Source of the DNA: Spirogloea muscicola | Taxonomy: Eukaryota | Direction: 5' to 3' | Length of the DNA: 20,000 nucleotides | NCBI GenBank assembly: GCA_009602725.1 | Contig: WELB01000006.1 | Coordinates: 466,220-486,219, forward strand | Translations under genes and position numbers: made by a program | The notes under the pieces: model-generated | Seen by the model: the letters and a program-made list of their open reading frames with translations, nothing else | Told to the model about the DNA's origin: nothing | The model's database searches: none | Part shown: piece after piece, positions 1 through 10,663 of the stretch | Numbering within the stretch: the stretch's first letter is position 1 | How the letters are laid out: the number at the start of each line of letters is the position of its first letter

Positions 1-467
1 CCTGCCAGGCAGTTTAGTCGTCCTTGACGAGGATTTGTCTCCCCAGTTATGCGTCAGTTGCAAGGGGCGCGGCAAGGAAGGTGCGCATTTGCCTTGTTCA
101 AAGATTGGCCGCCAGCATGACAGCATTTCCAGAGCTGGTCCCCTGGGGGCAGCCTCTGCCAACTTGCAGCTGCAATTGCCATGCCACTTCCTCGCTCTGG
201 TGCGGCCCATGTTGACGTATCTATATACCTAACTCCCCCTACCCTCGGGCGCCTCTTACTCGCCTTTGTGCTCCTGCATTCCATGCAGGCGGCCTGTTCA
301 CAGGCACCATGCTGGCCAAGTGCGCTGTGTGCGGGGGTCGCGGGCGGCAGCTCTGCCCCCGCTGCGACGGCGCTGGGCTTGAGGACTCGTGGCTTTACCA
401 ACCCGTGAAAGACGGCGGCTGGGGCCCCCGAGGGCAGTGAGCAGCTTGCACAGCAGATTTCGATGCT

Positions 468-496
468 GCTGAGCGCCGTGAAAGACGGCGCTCAGC
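468..496. repeat. Perfect 12-bp stem hairpin
   Basis: gctgagcgccgt-gaaag-acggcgctcagc; its core ccgtgaaagacggcg (476-490) also occurs at 403-417. Confidence 0.85.
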
Positions 497-894
497 TATC
501 TACCACAGCACACATTCTGGCGTCCACAGTTCACCAGCTTTTCCTGGTAGTGCCCGTGCTGCACTCACACGTTGCTGGCAAATTGGTTAACAATCAGTTG
601 TCTCTGCAAAGAAGCGGAGGACGCCTTATAATAGGGCCTACACAACAGAAGGAGACGTCATTACTTCAAGCCCAAGCCGAACATTATCTTGAAGGGTAAT
701 GTGTGCAGTACACTATTTCGACACACTGCTTTGACGAAAGCTAGTGCAAATATATGGGCTACGTGTTTCGAAGTACTATGCTAAGGTGGTTAACGTGACA
801 GTGTAACATTAGTACCCACGGGTGAGCACATACAGATCTAACAGGCTAACTTGGGGAGCCTGAGTATAGCCACGGAAGCTGATGGCCTGACTTA

Positions 895-1260
895 AAAGCG
901 CGCCCAGCGCGCTGATGAAGCGCAAGAGCGAAAGCGGCTGCTGATAGTCGGGCGGCTGTGAAGCCGCCCCTGACCATCCCCGAGTGCATATGGAGTGACA
1001 GAAGCAGTTCCTTAGGAGGTGGGTGGCTGTGGGCTATGAAGAAGAAAGACTCTTCCAGTGGAGGCCGATGGCTGTGACTGGCCAGCCCAGAAAAGAGAAG
1101 CAGCTGTTCCATATGTTAGTCAATGACTGGGATACGTCAATCCAAAAGGTATGGACAAGGTTCAGAGGGGCCAGAAAGCACAAACCACGCAGCTACGCAA
1201 AGGGCTCTTCCAATGGGTGCTCAATAACCTCTAGTAATAGCTCAAGTTGGAGTGATCAGC
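895..1260 (-). mobile_element. Degenerate minus-strand relics of the same retrotransposon 3' end
   Basis: Reverse complement of 1221-1260 ends in ACT AGA GGT TAT TGA (TRGY*). It is followed by ggcccctctgaaccttgtcca and ttttctgggctggccagtcacagccatcggcctccactggaagagtctttcttcttc, matching the 3' UTR at 14633-14715. A second hairpin (950-969) with tatcagcagccgc follows, then AFALALHQRAGRA (compare SLAFAVHLRAGRA). Confidence 0.68.
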
Positions 1261-2052
1261 AGAGAAGAGTCTCCTCGAGAAGAGTCTCCTCACAAAGTTC
1301 GAGTGTAGTAGTCAAAGACGAGTGTTGCCACGCTGAAGCCCAGAAGGGACACGTGATGAGCGGCCTGCCCGCAAATGCACGGCAAATGCCTAGAACTGGA
1401 GCGAAATGGGGAAGGAAATAAAACATCGATCGTCTTCCAATGGGAGCATTGGCGGCCATCCCGAACAACATCCTGAATACACAAATCCTCGGATTGGCGA
1501 GAAACTGCAGTGCCCCGCCATGCACACGGCCGTGCCGACCATGGCCGCCGCGCCGCGCATGACGCTTCGGCGACCCTCGCCCGCAGCCCGCCATCACCTC
1601 CGGCCCTCCCACCTCGGCCTTCCGCCTGCCCGCGGCTGCCTGGCGCTGCCTCAGGCGAGGCGGCCCTCCCGTCTCCCCGCCGGCCCCTGTTGCAGCTACC
1701 GCAGCCTCTCCTTGGAGCTTGCCCGATGTCGTCTCACCGTTCGGCCAGCCGGGGAGCTTCCAGTCAGACAGGCAGTCTGGCCATCTATGGAGGAGGAAGA
1801 TTTGTCGTCGAGTCTGTATGGCATCTGGCAGACGCCTGCCCTTATTGACCTCAGCGAGCCGTTTCTCAGGCTTCCGCTGTGCTCCTCCTCGCCTCGCCTG
1901 CGCAGCAGCTTGAGCCGGCGTGTGGTGGAGTCGAGCCACGTCCCGCGACCAGCAGCTCGGCCGTCAAGTGCATGCCTCAGAAGGGCATGCTCACCTGGCC
2001 GCTTCGCCAACGTCAGACCATCAGGAGGGTCGAGTAGCTCGTCGAGGGCAGC

Positions 2053-3403
2053 ATGGAGGACCCCAAGCGGGACATTGTGCACGTCGTGCGAGGCCTCGTG
2101 CAGCAGCCCACGTTGGGGAGGCAGGCGCAGTTCATCCGCCGCTACTTCGCTCCAGATGTCAAGTTCTTCCACTTCTTCATCGACATCGCAGAGGGCGCCG
2201 ACGATCTGACTGCAATCTATCACTTCGGAGAGATTTTCTTCCGCTACCAGGCCGTGGAGTTTCACAAGGTAAATGTCACCTCTGCAGCGGCAGCTGTGCT
2301 TACCAATGTCCCTTGCAGCACTAGTCCTCACAAGAGCTTGGAGCAAGTCGAAAGTTCCTGTTTCCGTGCAGGCCGGGCTTGTGCTCAACTATGGACACGA
2401 ATAGTCTGTCATTACCTGCCAGCGACAAGAAATAAGAGCACAGAGTGATGCACAGCAAGTTTGATAAGCAAGCTAGTACGACATGCCTGCATGCAGAGGA
2501 CTCTGACATGACGCTTTGGTAGCGGCTTTGACAATGAGTTGGGTAGTCCAACTTGGGTCCCCTTCAAATATCTGTCAGATTGTCTACGACAGCGAGGAGG
2601 ATACCATTGTCTGCCACATAACAGTGTACATGAAACCATTGACGCTCTTTGGTGGGGAGGTGGGCGTCGACTTCCTTGTCCTTCTGGAGCTCGAGGACTA
2701 CTTACCAAAACAGGTAGGTGCGCCTGAGAGGCCTGACCAGATGAGATTTTACTTAACGGGCTACATAAATGACCAGCTCTTAACTTACTTTCAGTAAACG
2801 CAACGTATATTACCACATTCTCAAGGAGGCAGCTTTAGAAGACGGGCTCAAAACATAGACAGCACTTTCAGTGGCTGGTCATGTTGCCTTGTCTATCCCC
2901 AGTGTTGTCATTGAAAACAACCTGCCTCTACAGGCAGACAGTGATGTCAAGAGGAAGCCACTGAAGAGGATCAAAGTACAGCGGGATTTCTTTGAGAAGA
3001 ATCCACTTCTTCTCGTGATGCCAGTGATTGGTCAGATATATGGGTCACATTATCTCCGAGCAATTGCTGGCAGACTACAGGTAGGCTTTTTGTTCATAAG
3101 CTTGACATCTTGATGACCAGTTCTACGATGCATCAACAGCTGTGTATCATAGCATTAGTTTGTAGGGAACATTCAAGACAAGCATGTGTTGTCGTCATCT
3201 ATCAATTGGGGCAGATTAGCAGCGCAAATATGTCAGCTTTTGTATCCTCATCTTGCATGAAAGGTGTCCCTAAAGGCTAGGACGCTGCTAAATCAGTCAT
3301 GCTGCTCTCGAATCTGCAGGCTGTGACATTCATAATTATCCGTGCCTGCATATGCTTGATCTTCCCTCAAGCTTGGAAGGCCGGATTCTGTGGAGTATGC
3401 TAG
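2053..3403 (+). CDS. NTF2/SnoaL-like (SigF-like NTF2) domain protein, 4 exons, ~193 aa, hydrophobic C-terminus
   Basis: Exons 2053-2268, 2579-2713, 2934-3080, 3320-3403; all introns GT-AG and phase 0. Product MEDPKRDIVHVVRGLVQQP..RRYFAPDVKFFHFF..IVYDSEEDTIVCHITVYMKP..VLLELED..KRIKVQRDFFE..AVTFIIIRACICLIFPQAWKAGFCGVC*. In-frame TAG at 2035 upstream supports ATG 2053. The MEDP start, YFxPDxxFxH and IxxQxD pattern match my recollection of a fungal NTF2-like family. Confidence 0.8.
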
Positions 3404-4441
3404 GCTGCAGGATTTGAGTCTCACTCAAAACTCTTGACAGAACAATATCACTCTTTGTAAGGTAGCCTTAGCCTTAATGCTTCTCAATAGCCAAGAAGAA
3501 GATACCCACTAAATCTCCAAAGGACCGCAAATGATCACTACTATACATATCCAGCTTGTCATGTGGCACCGTGATTGCAAGCCGCCTGCTCTGCCTCCGA
3601 CAATCGCAGCTGCTCACTGTCGGCTGCCACTCATCAAGATTCCCCGTGGCTCTGCCGTGATTTCAAGGCATGTTGCACTCTTCTTCTAATACACCCGCCA
3701 AGACGTGCGGGGTATCACACAAGTCACATTACTTTAGGAGCAGCCCCTGGGCCATGATCAGCCCATCTTGCATAAGCTGACAGACACACGTCTGACTAGC
3801 TATTCTGCTAGCCTTACTCGGAACCTCTCACATAGTGTACATGCCCCTGCAAGCCGTAGGCACTGTAAGAGCTCAAGAGCTTAAGATGAGCTTAAGATAC
3901 ACTGTACTGTGCATGACAAAGGAACCATTGAACATGCACATGCAGAGATCTACAAACAGAGTGCTACAGCCGTTCTAGCTTGAATGTGCATTTCCTTTAC
4001 CAGTTTTGGCCCTGGCCCAGCAAGTGCACACTGTTGGTCATCTCAGCGCTTTCCCGCCCCCCGCCTCCACCCACCCCCCCATGTATGGAAAGAATGTATC
4101 TTGGCAGCCTTAGCGTCTGCACCAGGATCACATGCACAGTGCCCTCAAGATGATCAAGCCTTGCCAACATTCGAGGGGCGAGGCTAGAATCCCAACTTGC
4201 CCAATTTCAGGCCCAGCAAGGTGGCATGGGGAGGGCTACATTAGTAGCTCCTCCCATGCTACCTCAGAGGAGGAGCTCTGCATGTAATGCGTATAGAGCC
4301 AGAAGGTGCATGTGGTGAGATGCTTATGCACGTTGTGCAACGGACTCTATACGGAGGACTAGCTACCTCCGCAAGCAAGGGTGATGTGACCAGCCTAGAG
4401 GGGCAAACTCAAAGTATCCTGGCCGACTGCATGGCTGCCGG

Positions 4442-7146
4442 CTATAAGTCTGCTTCACCGGCGAAGCTGCTAAAGCCCTTGACGACGTAGCGTCTCGTGC
4501 TCGCTCCGAAGTGAAAGAAGATCTTCTCCGAAATGGGCACCACCTCCCCTTTCCTGAGTTGCCTATCTCCTACAAAGGTCCCACAAGCGGACCCCAAGTC
4601 CACCAGCCTTACGTCGTGGCTCTTCCTTACCTCCAGCTTTGCGTGCTGCGACACAGAGAGAATTATAAGGACAAGTAGAAAATGCAGGTTCTCTATCTCT
4701 GCTGAAATAACATGCACCTCTGTAACAAATAAGATTGTCAGAAAGAAACACTGTCAAAGCTCTTCCACTTTTGTCAAGTGTGCTTCAATGTGCGATCAGT
4801 TGCGTAATGCTAGCACACCTGTCGGGAGATGGAGGCATGGCGCAAAATAATGTCGCACGTGGGCAGCCGGCCAAAGACGAACGTGCTCTTCCCTCTCAGC
4901 GGCAGCGCTTCTATGCACTTTCCTTCCTGACAGGAGACAGTGGCAAATGAGAAGGAGCCAATCCAGCTGCCCCTCCATTGCAAGAACAAGAAAACTTTTT
5001 GCAGGATACTATATTGAGGATACTATATTGAGCACTTGAATACATTCCAAGGTGATTGAGCCTAGTCAACAACTGATAGCTGTTATGCGCCACTCGTCAT
5101 GAGCTCATAATGAAGAGGGCAGAAAGAGAAAGCCACCTTTAGCACGTCCAGGTGCAGGTCAGCGTCACTGCTGCTGCTGGGCAGCACCCGAGAAGTCGTG
5201 TGGCCCTCTCTGACAGGCTGACGGCCATCAGGCTGCTGAGACCTACTCACGTTCTCCCTCGGACTCAGACTGCCGCCGTCTGCCACACCGAGGTGGTCTT
5301 GGTCACCCCCAGCGATGGCTGGCCGCAGCTGCTCCTGGAGCTTCTGCAGCGAGCACAAGAAGCCAAGATTCGGCATCACCTTGCTCCTCACCTTTTTCAA
5401 GAACCTGCAGACAGAAGTACGCATGATGCTGCACATCAGCTTCGTGATTTTCCAGCATGTTGCTCACGAACACTGCTCTCCTTGATCTTGATTGCTCACT
5501 CAATGGCCTCGTCCGCCATCCAATCCCGCGATTTCATCAGGTACGCCGCACATAGAGTGGCAGAGCGGCTTGCGCCTGCGCCGCAGTGCACCAGCACGCG
5601 GCCGCCCTCCCGCTGGCTTCGCTCGATGAATTGGAATGCAGGCTCAAAATGTGCAGCGATATCCGCATCGTGCTCATCTGCAAAGCAACAGGCCCAGTCT
5701 CATATAAGGTGGCAGTCAGCCCCGTAAGGAGATGCAACAATTTTGAGAAGTAAAGCACCCGTTGCACAACAAGGGATTGCCCTCAAGCTGGACAACCAGC
5801 TCACTGCAAACTCGTTTCACTGGTGGAACGCCTGGCAATAGTACCTGAGAGGTCGCAGTGGAGCTTTTCGAAGCTGCCCTTGAGCGCGAGCTGCTCGGTG
5901 TGGATGGTTAGGATCTTGGTGATGCCCAAGTCCCGCAGCCGCTCTTCAGCAGCCGCATGCTGCCAGTCTCCCAGATACAGGAACTCCGGCACGACCTGCA
6001 CGCACCAGAAACACTCGTTAAGGACACCCGTCCAGTTGCAGAGTGAGACCTGCCGCTGCTACTGGCGGTATGCCGCACCATTTTGCAAGCTGGCTATTCA
6101 GCACGGCCAAGCTTTGGCGATGGTGCTCAATAATCAGATTAGATAGCACGCTGATTGATAGAGGACTGCCTCTTCACCCCTCCCTCCCACACTCTGTCCC
6201 TCCTACCCGGATGAGTGACAAGGATTGTACTACCTCGGCAGGATACCGGGGGATGCTGGCGCCCTTGGTGTGCGTGGTGACGAGCGATGGGTAAGCACTC
6301 CGGAATGCCTGGAACGGCTCGCCGGCCTCGTCTACCTCGCCTGCAGCGGCCACCTTTGCCCCAACTCAGTTCCCCCCCCCCCCCCCGAAAAGGCAGTGGT
6401 GCAGGGGCTGGGCGTGCAGTTCCATCACTAACCGAAAGCTGCATGCCTCCATGCTTGGCTGGCGAGGAGAGTACCCTCGGGAGAGGCGAGGACGCTGACG
6501 CTGCGGGCGAGGTCTTCGCGGACGAGGAAGGCGACGACGGGGTCGGCTTCCGCCGCCGCCCGCTGGGCGTCCTCCAGCCGCGGCCGCTTGGGCTTCTTCT
6601 GCTGCCTGCCAGAGGCGACAGAGGCTAGAATGAAGTGTGCAATGAGTGATGGAGGGCCTGAGTGGCTAGGTACAAAGGCAAGCACGTTACGTTGACAGAG
6701 GCAGTGACTGTTGAGGACTCCACGTGAGGGCCTCAACGCGGCGGAGCCCATCTCCGCTGCTGAGCTCTGGGTGGCCAAGCAGCACGACGCACCTGCCAAG
6801 CTCCAGCGGCGCCGGGAGGAGGACGAGGACGTTCAGGTCCCACCAGCAGTTCCTGGACCAGTACGGCGGCCCGACGCCGCAGAGCTCCTGCAGGGCGCCG
6901 CCGCCGGCCGCCAGCCCCACGCACACCGCCCGCCGGATGTGGCCCTTGTGGAACGCCGACTGCCAGAGCCACCCGGAGGCGGTCAGGGCCGGACGTCCTC
7001 GGCACGATGCACGTCTGGCTGGTGCCTCCGAGGGGGCCGGAAAGGTGGGGGGGTGGGACCTTGGGTCGCGTGTCCAGCACCAGCAGGCGTGGGTCCTCCT
7101 GCAACAGGTTGAAGGCTTGCGACGGCGTCACCAGAGCGACCTTCAT
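4442..7146 (-). CDS. Dual-specificity (MAPK-phosphatase-like) protein phosphatase with N-terminal rhodanese/CH2 domain and C-terminal FHA domain, 9 exons, ~466 aa
   Basis: Exons (minus) 7146-7060, 6959-6793, 6605-6475, 6340-6234, 5995-5845, 5677-5500, 5404-5137, 4926-4819, 4645-4442 join in frame (1401 nt). Rhodanese: LLVLDTRPK/SAFHKGHIRRA...FQAFRSAYPSL. DSP: PAEVVPEFLYLGD, LSDEHDADI, VLVHCGAGASRSAT..AAYLM, VMPNLGF. FHA: LDVLKEGKCIE..FVFGRLPTCDIILRHASISRQHA..LVDLGSACGTFV..FGASTRRY. Confidence 0.93.
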
Positions 7147-7153
7147 TCCCCTT

Positions 7154-7189
7154 CCGCCGCCGCCGCCGCCGCCACCGCCGCCGCTGCCG
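7154..7189. repeat. (CCG)n trinucleotide tract in the phosphatase 5' UTR
   Basis: ccgccgccgccgccgccgccaccgccgccgctgccg immediately upstream of ATG 7146 (minus strand). Confidence 0.85.
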
Positions 7190-7401
7190 GGCTGTCGCGG
7201 CCTGCGCAGCCGCAGCGCAGCCCGCCCGCGCGCGGCTTCCTTGGCGGGGCTGGCTTGACAGGGAGATAGACTCTTCCAGTAGAGGTTGACAGCTCGAGCT
7301 CCCGCACTCGCACTCGCGGCGCGGCGGCGGGCCGTGGGCAGCGGAGGCGCTCGCGCGAGGTGGGGGCGCCGACATGGGCTGCGCCGGAGGAGGTGGCCGC
7401 C

Positions 7402-9842
7402 ATGGCTGGCGGGGCCAGTCCGGCCCGACCTTCCGATCGTCGGGCCGGCATTCTGTCCCCGTTCCGTTGCCGCGGGGCCCAGTATCGCNCCGCGCCGCCT
7501 TCCTCCCGCCGCCGCCGCTTCCTGCGACCTCTTCAGCGGGCGCTGGGTGCGCCTCCCGGCGGGCCGCCGCCGCCTGTACCGGCCGCGCTACAGCGCCGCG
7601 TCGTGCCCCCACATGCTGCCCGTCGTCGACTGCGGCACCGCCGGGCGCACCGACACGTCCTTCCAGGTGCTCCCGCGCCTCTAGTCGGAGCCGGCCGCCA
7701 CGGCACTCAGCTACAAGCTCTGGCGCTCAGCCGCTGCACAGGACCGCCAGGGCTGCCTTCGTGACATGGCCTTGCCCATCACTTGCGCCAGGCAGCGCCG
7801 CCGCCAGCGCCTGCACGACGATTTTCTCCCAGAGCGGGATAAGACCCCGCCTTCGGGGAAGCTGTAGGGCCTGACGCGGCAGGAGACGGGCGGGTCCCAC
7901 GTCTGTGCATGCGCGTGTGCTCTCGCTCAGCAATGGAGCTGGCAGCCTTACGGCTGCAACATCACCAACTTCAACGCGCACGCCTTCCTGACGCTGCTCA
8001 AGAACAAGAAGCTGGCCGTCATCGGCGACTCGCTCGGCAGGTGTTGAGGCAGCTGCTGCTGCCGCAGCAATGTTGCTGTGAGGAGCCGCGGTCGGGCGCC
8101 CTGGAGCAGTCCTTTGCTCAGCACGTCAAGAGCTCTGTAAGGGAGTGACTTGGAGAACTGCCGCTTGCAGGTGGAACTTCTTCACTTCCCTTCTCTGCCT
8201 CGTCTCCAACGTCGCAACACCCGTCAAGGTCACAACCAAACCTCTGGTGTCAGGGTGAGCTTGCGCAGACTCGAAAGCACCAGCAGTAGTGACGCTCGGG
8301 AAGAGGGGGTCACTGGGTTGCAGCTTTGCTTGGAGGATGTTGATCTCACAAACTTCTTGACTATATGAGGGAGCTCCTTGATCTTAGCAGCGGGAAAAAG
8401 ACATGCATTGCTCGTCTCTGTGGAAGATTGTAAGTCCCAAGTGCTGACCTTCATAGAGGTCAAGGGGCAGCAATCCGGCAGCAGCAGCTCAATCTTGAGC
8501 TGCTCGCAGCTGCCGCAGCATCATGGCCACAACACTCAAGCAGTGCTCTGTCCCTTGCAAAGGCGGCAGGGCGATGACTACCACATCCCCAAGTACAATG
8601 TGCGTTTGATTGCCATCCAAGATGCGTTCCTGGTGGCCTCCAAGAACGACAACAAGAGCCTCCTGTCATACGACCCGCATGCCACGTGAGTTGGACAAGT
8701 TCGCAGGATATGCGTTCTCAACAATGACGTTCAATCCAGTGCTCGGCTAACCTTGAGCTAGAGGCAATGGTCTGGCCGTTCCTCGGCAGTGCAGCACCTC
8801 TTTGCTCAAGCAGATTCATGATTGCCAAGTCGTCCGCCATGCACGCCGTGCATTTCTGCTGGTTCTGCAGCCCAGGTATCAATGACGCGATCGTGAACCC
8901 ATACCGATTTCCAAATCCCGCCTGGGCGAGCCTCCTCGACCAGCTCGATGTTGTGGTGATGAACACTGCTGCGCACTGGGGCAAGAACGCCTCATATGCG
9001 CGGCGGTACTACGTGGACAGAAACTGGGCCCTGCTGCCAGACCAAGATCAGTATGCGGCCTACTTGTGAGGCCATCTGCACCTCTTGCCTTTGTCGGGAC
9101 GGTCATCAGCAGACATGCAGAAAATGCTGTGCGCATGTGCGCGCCACACATCGTCGTGACTGATCTCTTGCCAATAAGCGCAACTCCATGCTCGCCTAAG
9201 CCAATTGCTGGGACCAATGGTGCAGGGCTGCCATGCAATCCATGAGGCTGTTCTTCAACGCAAGGCAGCTGCAGTCCAAGGGCCCTGTGCCCATCTTCCT
9301 ATCTGTCTCCCCCCAGCACGGCAGCTGGAAGGTTGGCAATAGCACTAGCACTGTCTGCAACGCCACAGGCCCCCTTACTACCGCCATGGTACGCTGAGCT
9401 CAAGACTTCACCGCTGCATATGTCAAGATGTGATGACAATTCTCTCTTTCCCGACCTTCATGAGCTGCAATTTCGGGTTGAAAAGGCAACTGCTCTGTGA
9501 GACACGAATTCACCAGTGAGCATGTGCAAATTTTACAAGCTGGCTCGATGCAAATGTGGTGCATGATGGCAGGCGATGCAGCTACGCAAGCAGGTCAAGG
9601 ACTATCAGCTCACGCTGCCGCTCGAGCGACTTGCGCTCAAGGGCTCTGCTGTGGAGCTCCTTGAAATCAGCACACTGAGCATCTATCGTCCAGATGCGCA
9701 CGTCGGACCATGGTATGCGGTGGGCGGCCATCCAACAACACCATACCAGGACTGCCTGCATTGGTGCAACCCTGGAGTGCCGGACATCTGGTCGGACCTG
9801 CTCTACGCCATGCTCCTCAGGGAGCCTAGCTTGCGGCGTTGA
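7402..9842 (+). CDS. TBL: Trichome-birefringence-like (PMR5N + PC-esterase) polysaccharide O-acetyltransferase; N-terminus broken by an assembly gap
   Basis: Exons after the n: 7490-7666, 7931-8040, 8171-8254, 8563-8685, 8871-9065, 9226-9388, 9573-9842 (1122 nt, in frame). Motifs CDLFSGRWV, CP..C..GRTD..WSWQPYGC, LAVIGDSLGR, DVVVMNTAAHW, SPQH, RPDAH, DCLHWCNPGVPDIW. Start at 7402 (gccgccATGG) is tentative because the n at 7489 hides the expected transmembrane anchor. Confidence 0.92.
7489..7489. other. Assembly gap / ambiguous base
   Basis: Single n in very GC-rich sequence. The TBL frame resumes at 7490 without the family's usual transmembrane segment before it. Confidence 0.85.
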
Positions 9843-10663
9843 GGTGGCCCAGAGCTTGCCTGTCATGCCCTCTGCTTCTTGTTGCAGGCCTCTTTGAGAG
9901 TGGTGGCAGTGCGCTGGTTGCAATGAAGCACCCACACGCTGCCGCTTTTCCTCCATCTTTGCAAAACAGGCCTGCAGGCTACACCTGCACAGTCAGTCCA
10001 GCACACAGTTGTCGGCACCTAAGAGGTGCCTAGTGCTTGCTAGCAAGCGCCTACTCTGAAGATCCTGTGTAAAGAGCTTAGGCATTTTTGCACCCACTGC
10101 CCATGCTCATCATCCCAAGGCTGGATGACCTGTGGCCCTACCAATACATCTGCAAGTACTTGTACAATTCCATAATTGACAGCCAATAGGTCGCTGCCTT
10201 TGAGGTATTCGTTCATTATTTGGGGCACCATCATGAGCTGCAGGCTGTGCAGCTCAATGGCTGTGACCCGCCTCATTTTGCGTGAATGAGCCCAGTATTC
10301 ACTTAGGTATCAGTGGAGATTTCAGTCGAGCTCGACAAAAATTGTCGTAGTAGCTGTGAAGTAGTGCTTAGAAGGCTTCGTAAGGCCGCTGTGATAATGG
10401 TTATAGCTACTTTTACTCAATCAGTTATTGCTATCTTCCTCTAACATTTCTAGCGGAGAATAGTTATACAAGTCACCAACCTAGGTCATCCTTGACAAGT
10501 GCAGCAAAGGCCTGGTACACTGGAGAAGTTGGGTCGCAGACGATCTCCAGAGGGCCATGAACTCAAGAGGACATGCAAAATTTCAGTGAAACCAACAGTT
10601 GGGCCAGAGCTTATGGACTGGGGGCAGAAAATGGAAGTTCACCACCTTTGCTTTTAGGAAGTA

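Noticed and set aside
468..510. Helitron 3' terminus
   Set aside because: A hairpin is present, but there is no CTAG/CTRR at the expected short distance on either strand.
1262..1291. 15-bp tandem duplication (similar 11-14 bp duplications at ~3878-3899 and 5003-5030)
   Set aside because: Ordinary slippage-type duplications in non-coding DNA with no sign of function.
1256..2388. 227-aa and 230-aa minus-strand ORFs
   Set aside because: Antisense shadows of GC-rich sequence and of the NTF2-like exon 1; no motifs or convincing splice structure.
3404..4441. Short ORFs between the convergent NTF2-like and phosphatase genes (likewise 9843-10663 and 17060-18040)
   Set aside because: No domain similarity or coherent exon chain; most likely 3' UTR and intergenic sequence. 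No tRNA, rRNA or snRNA was recognisable by eye.
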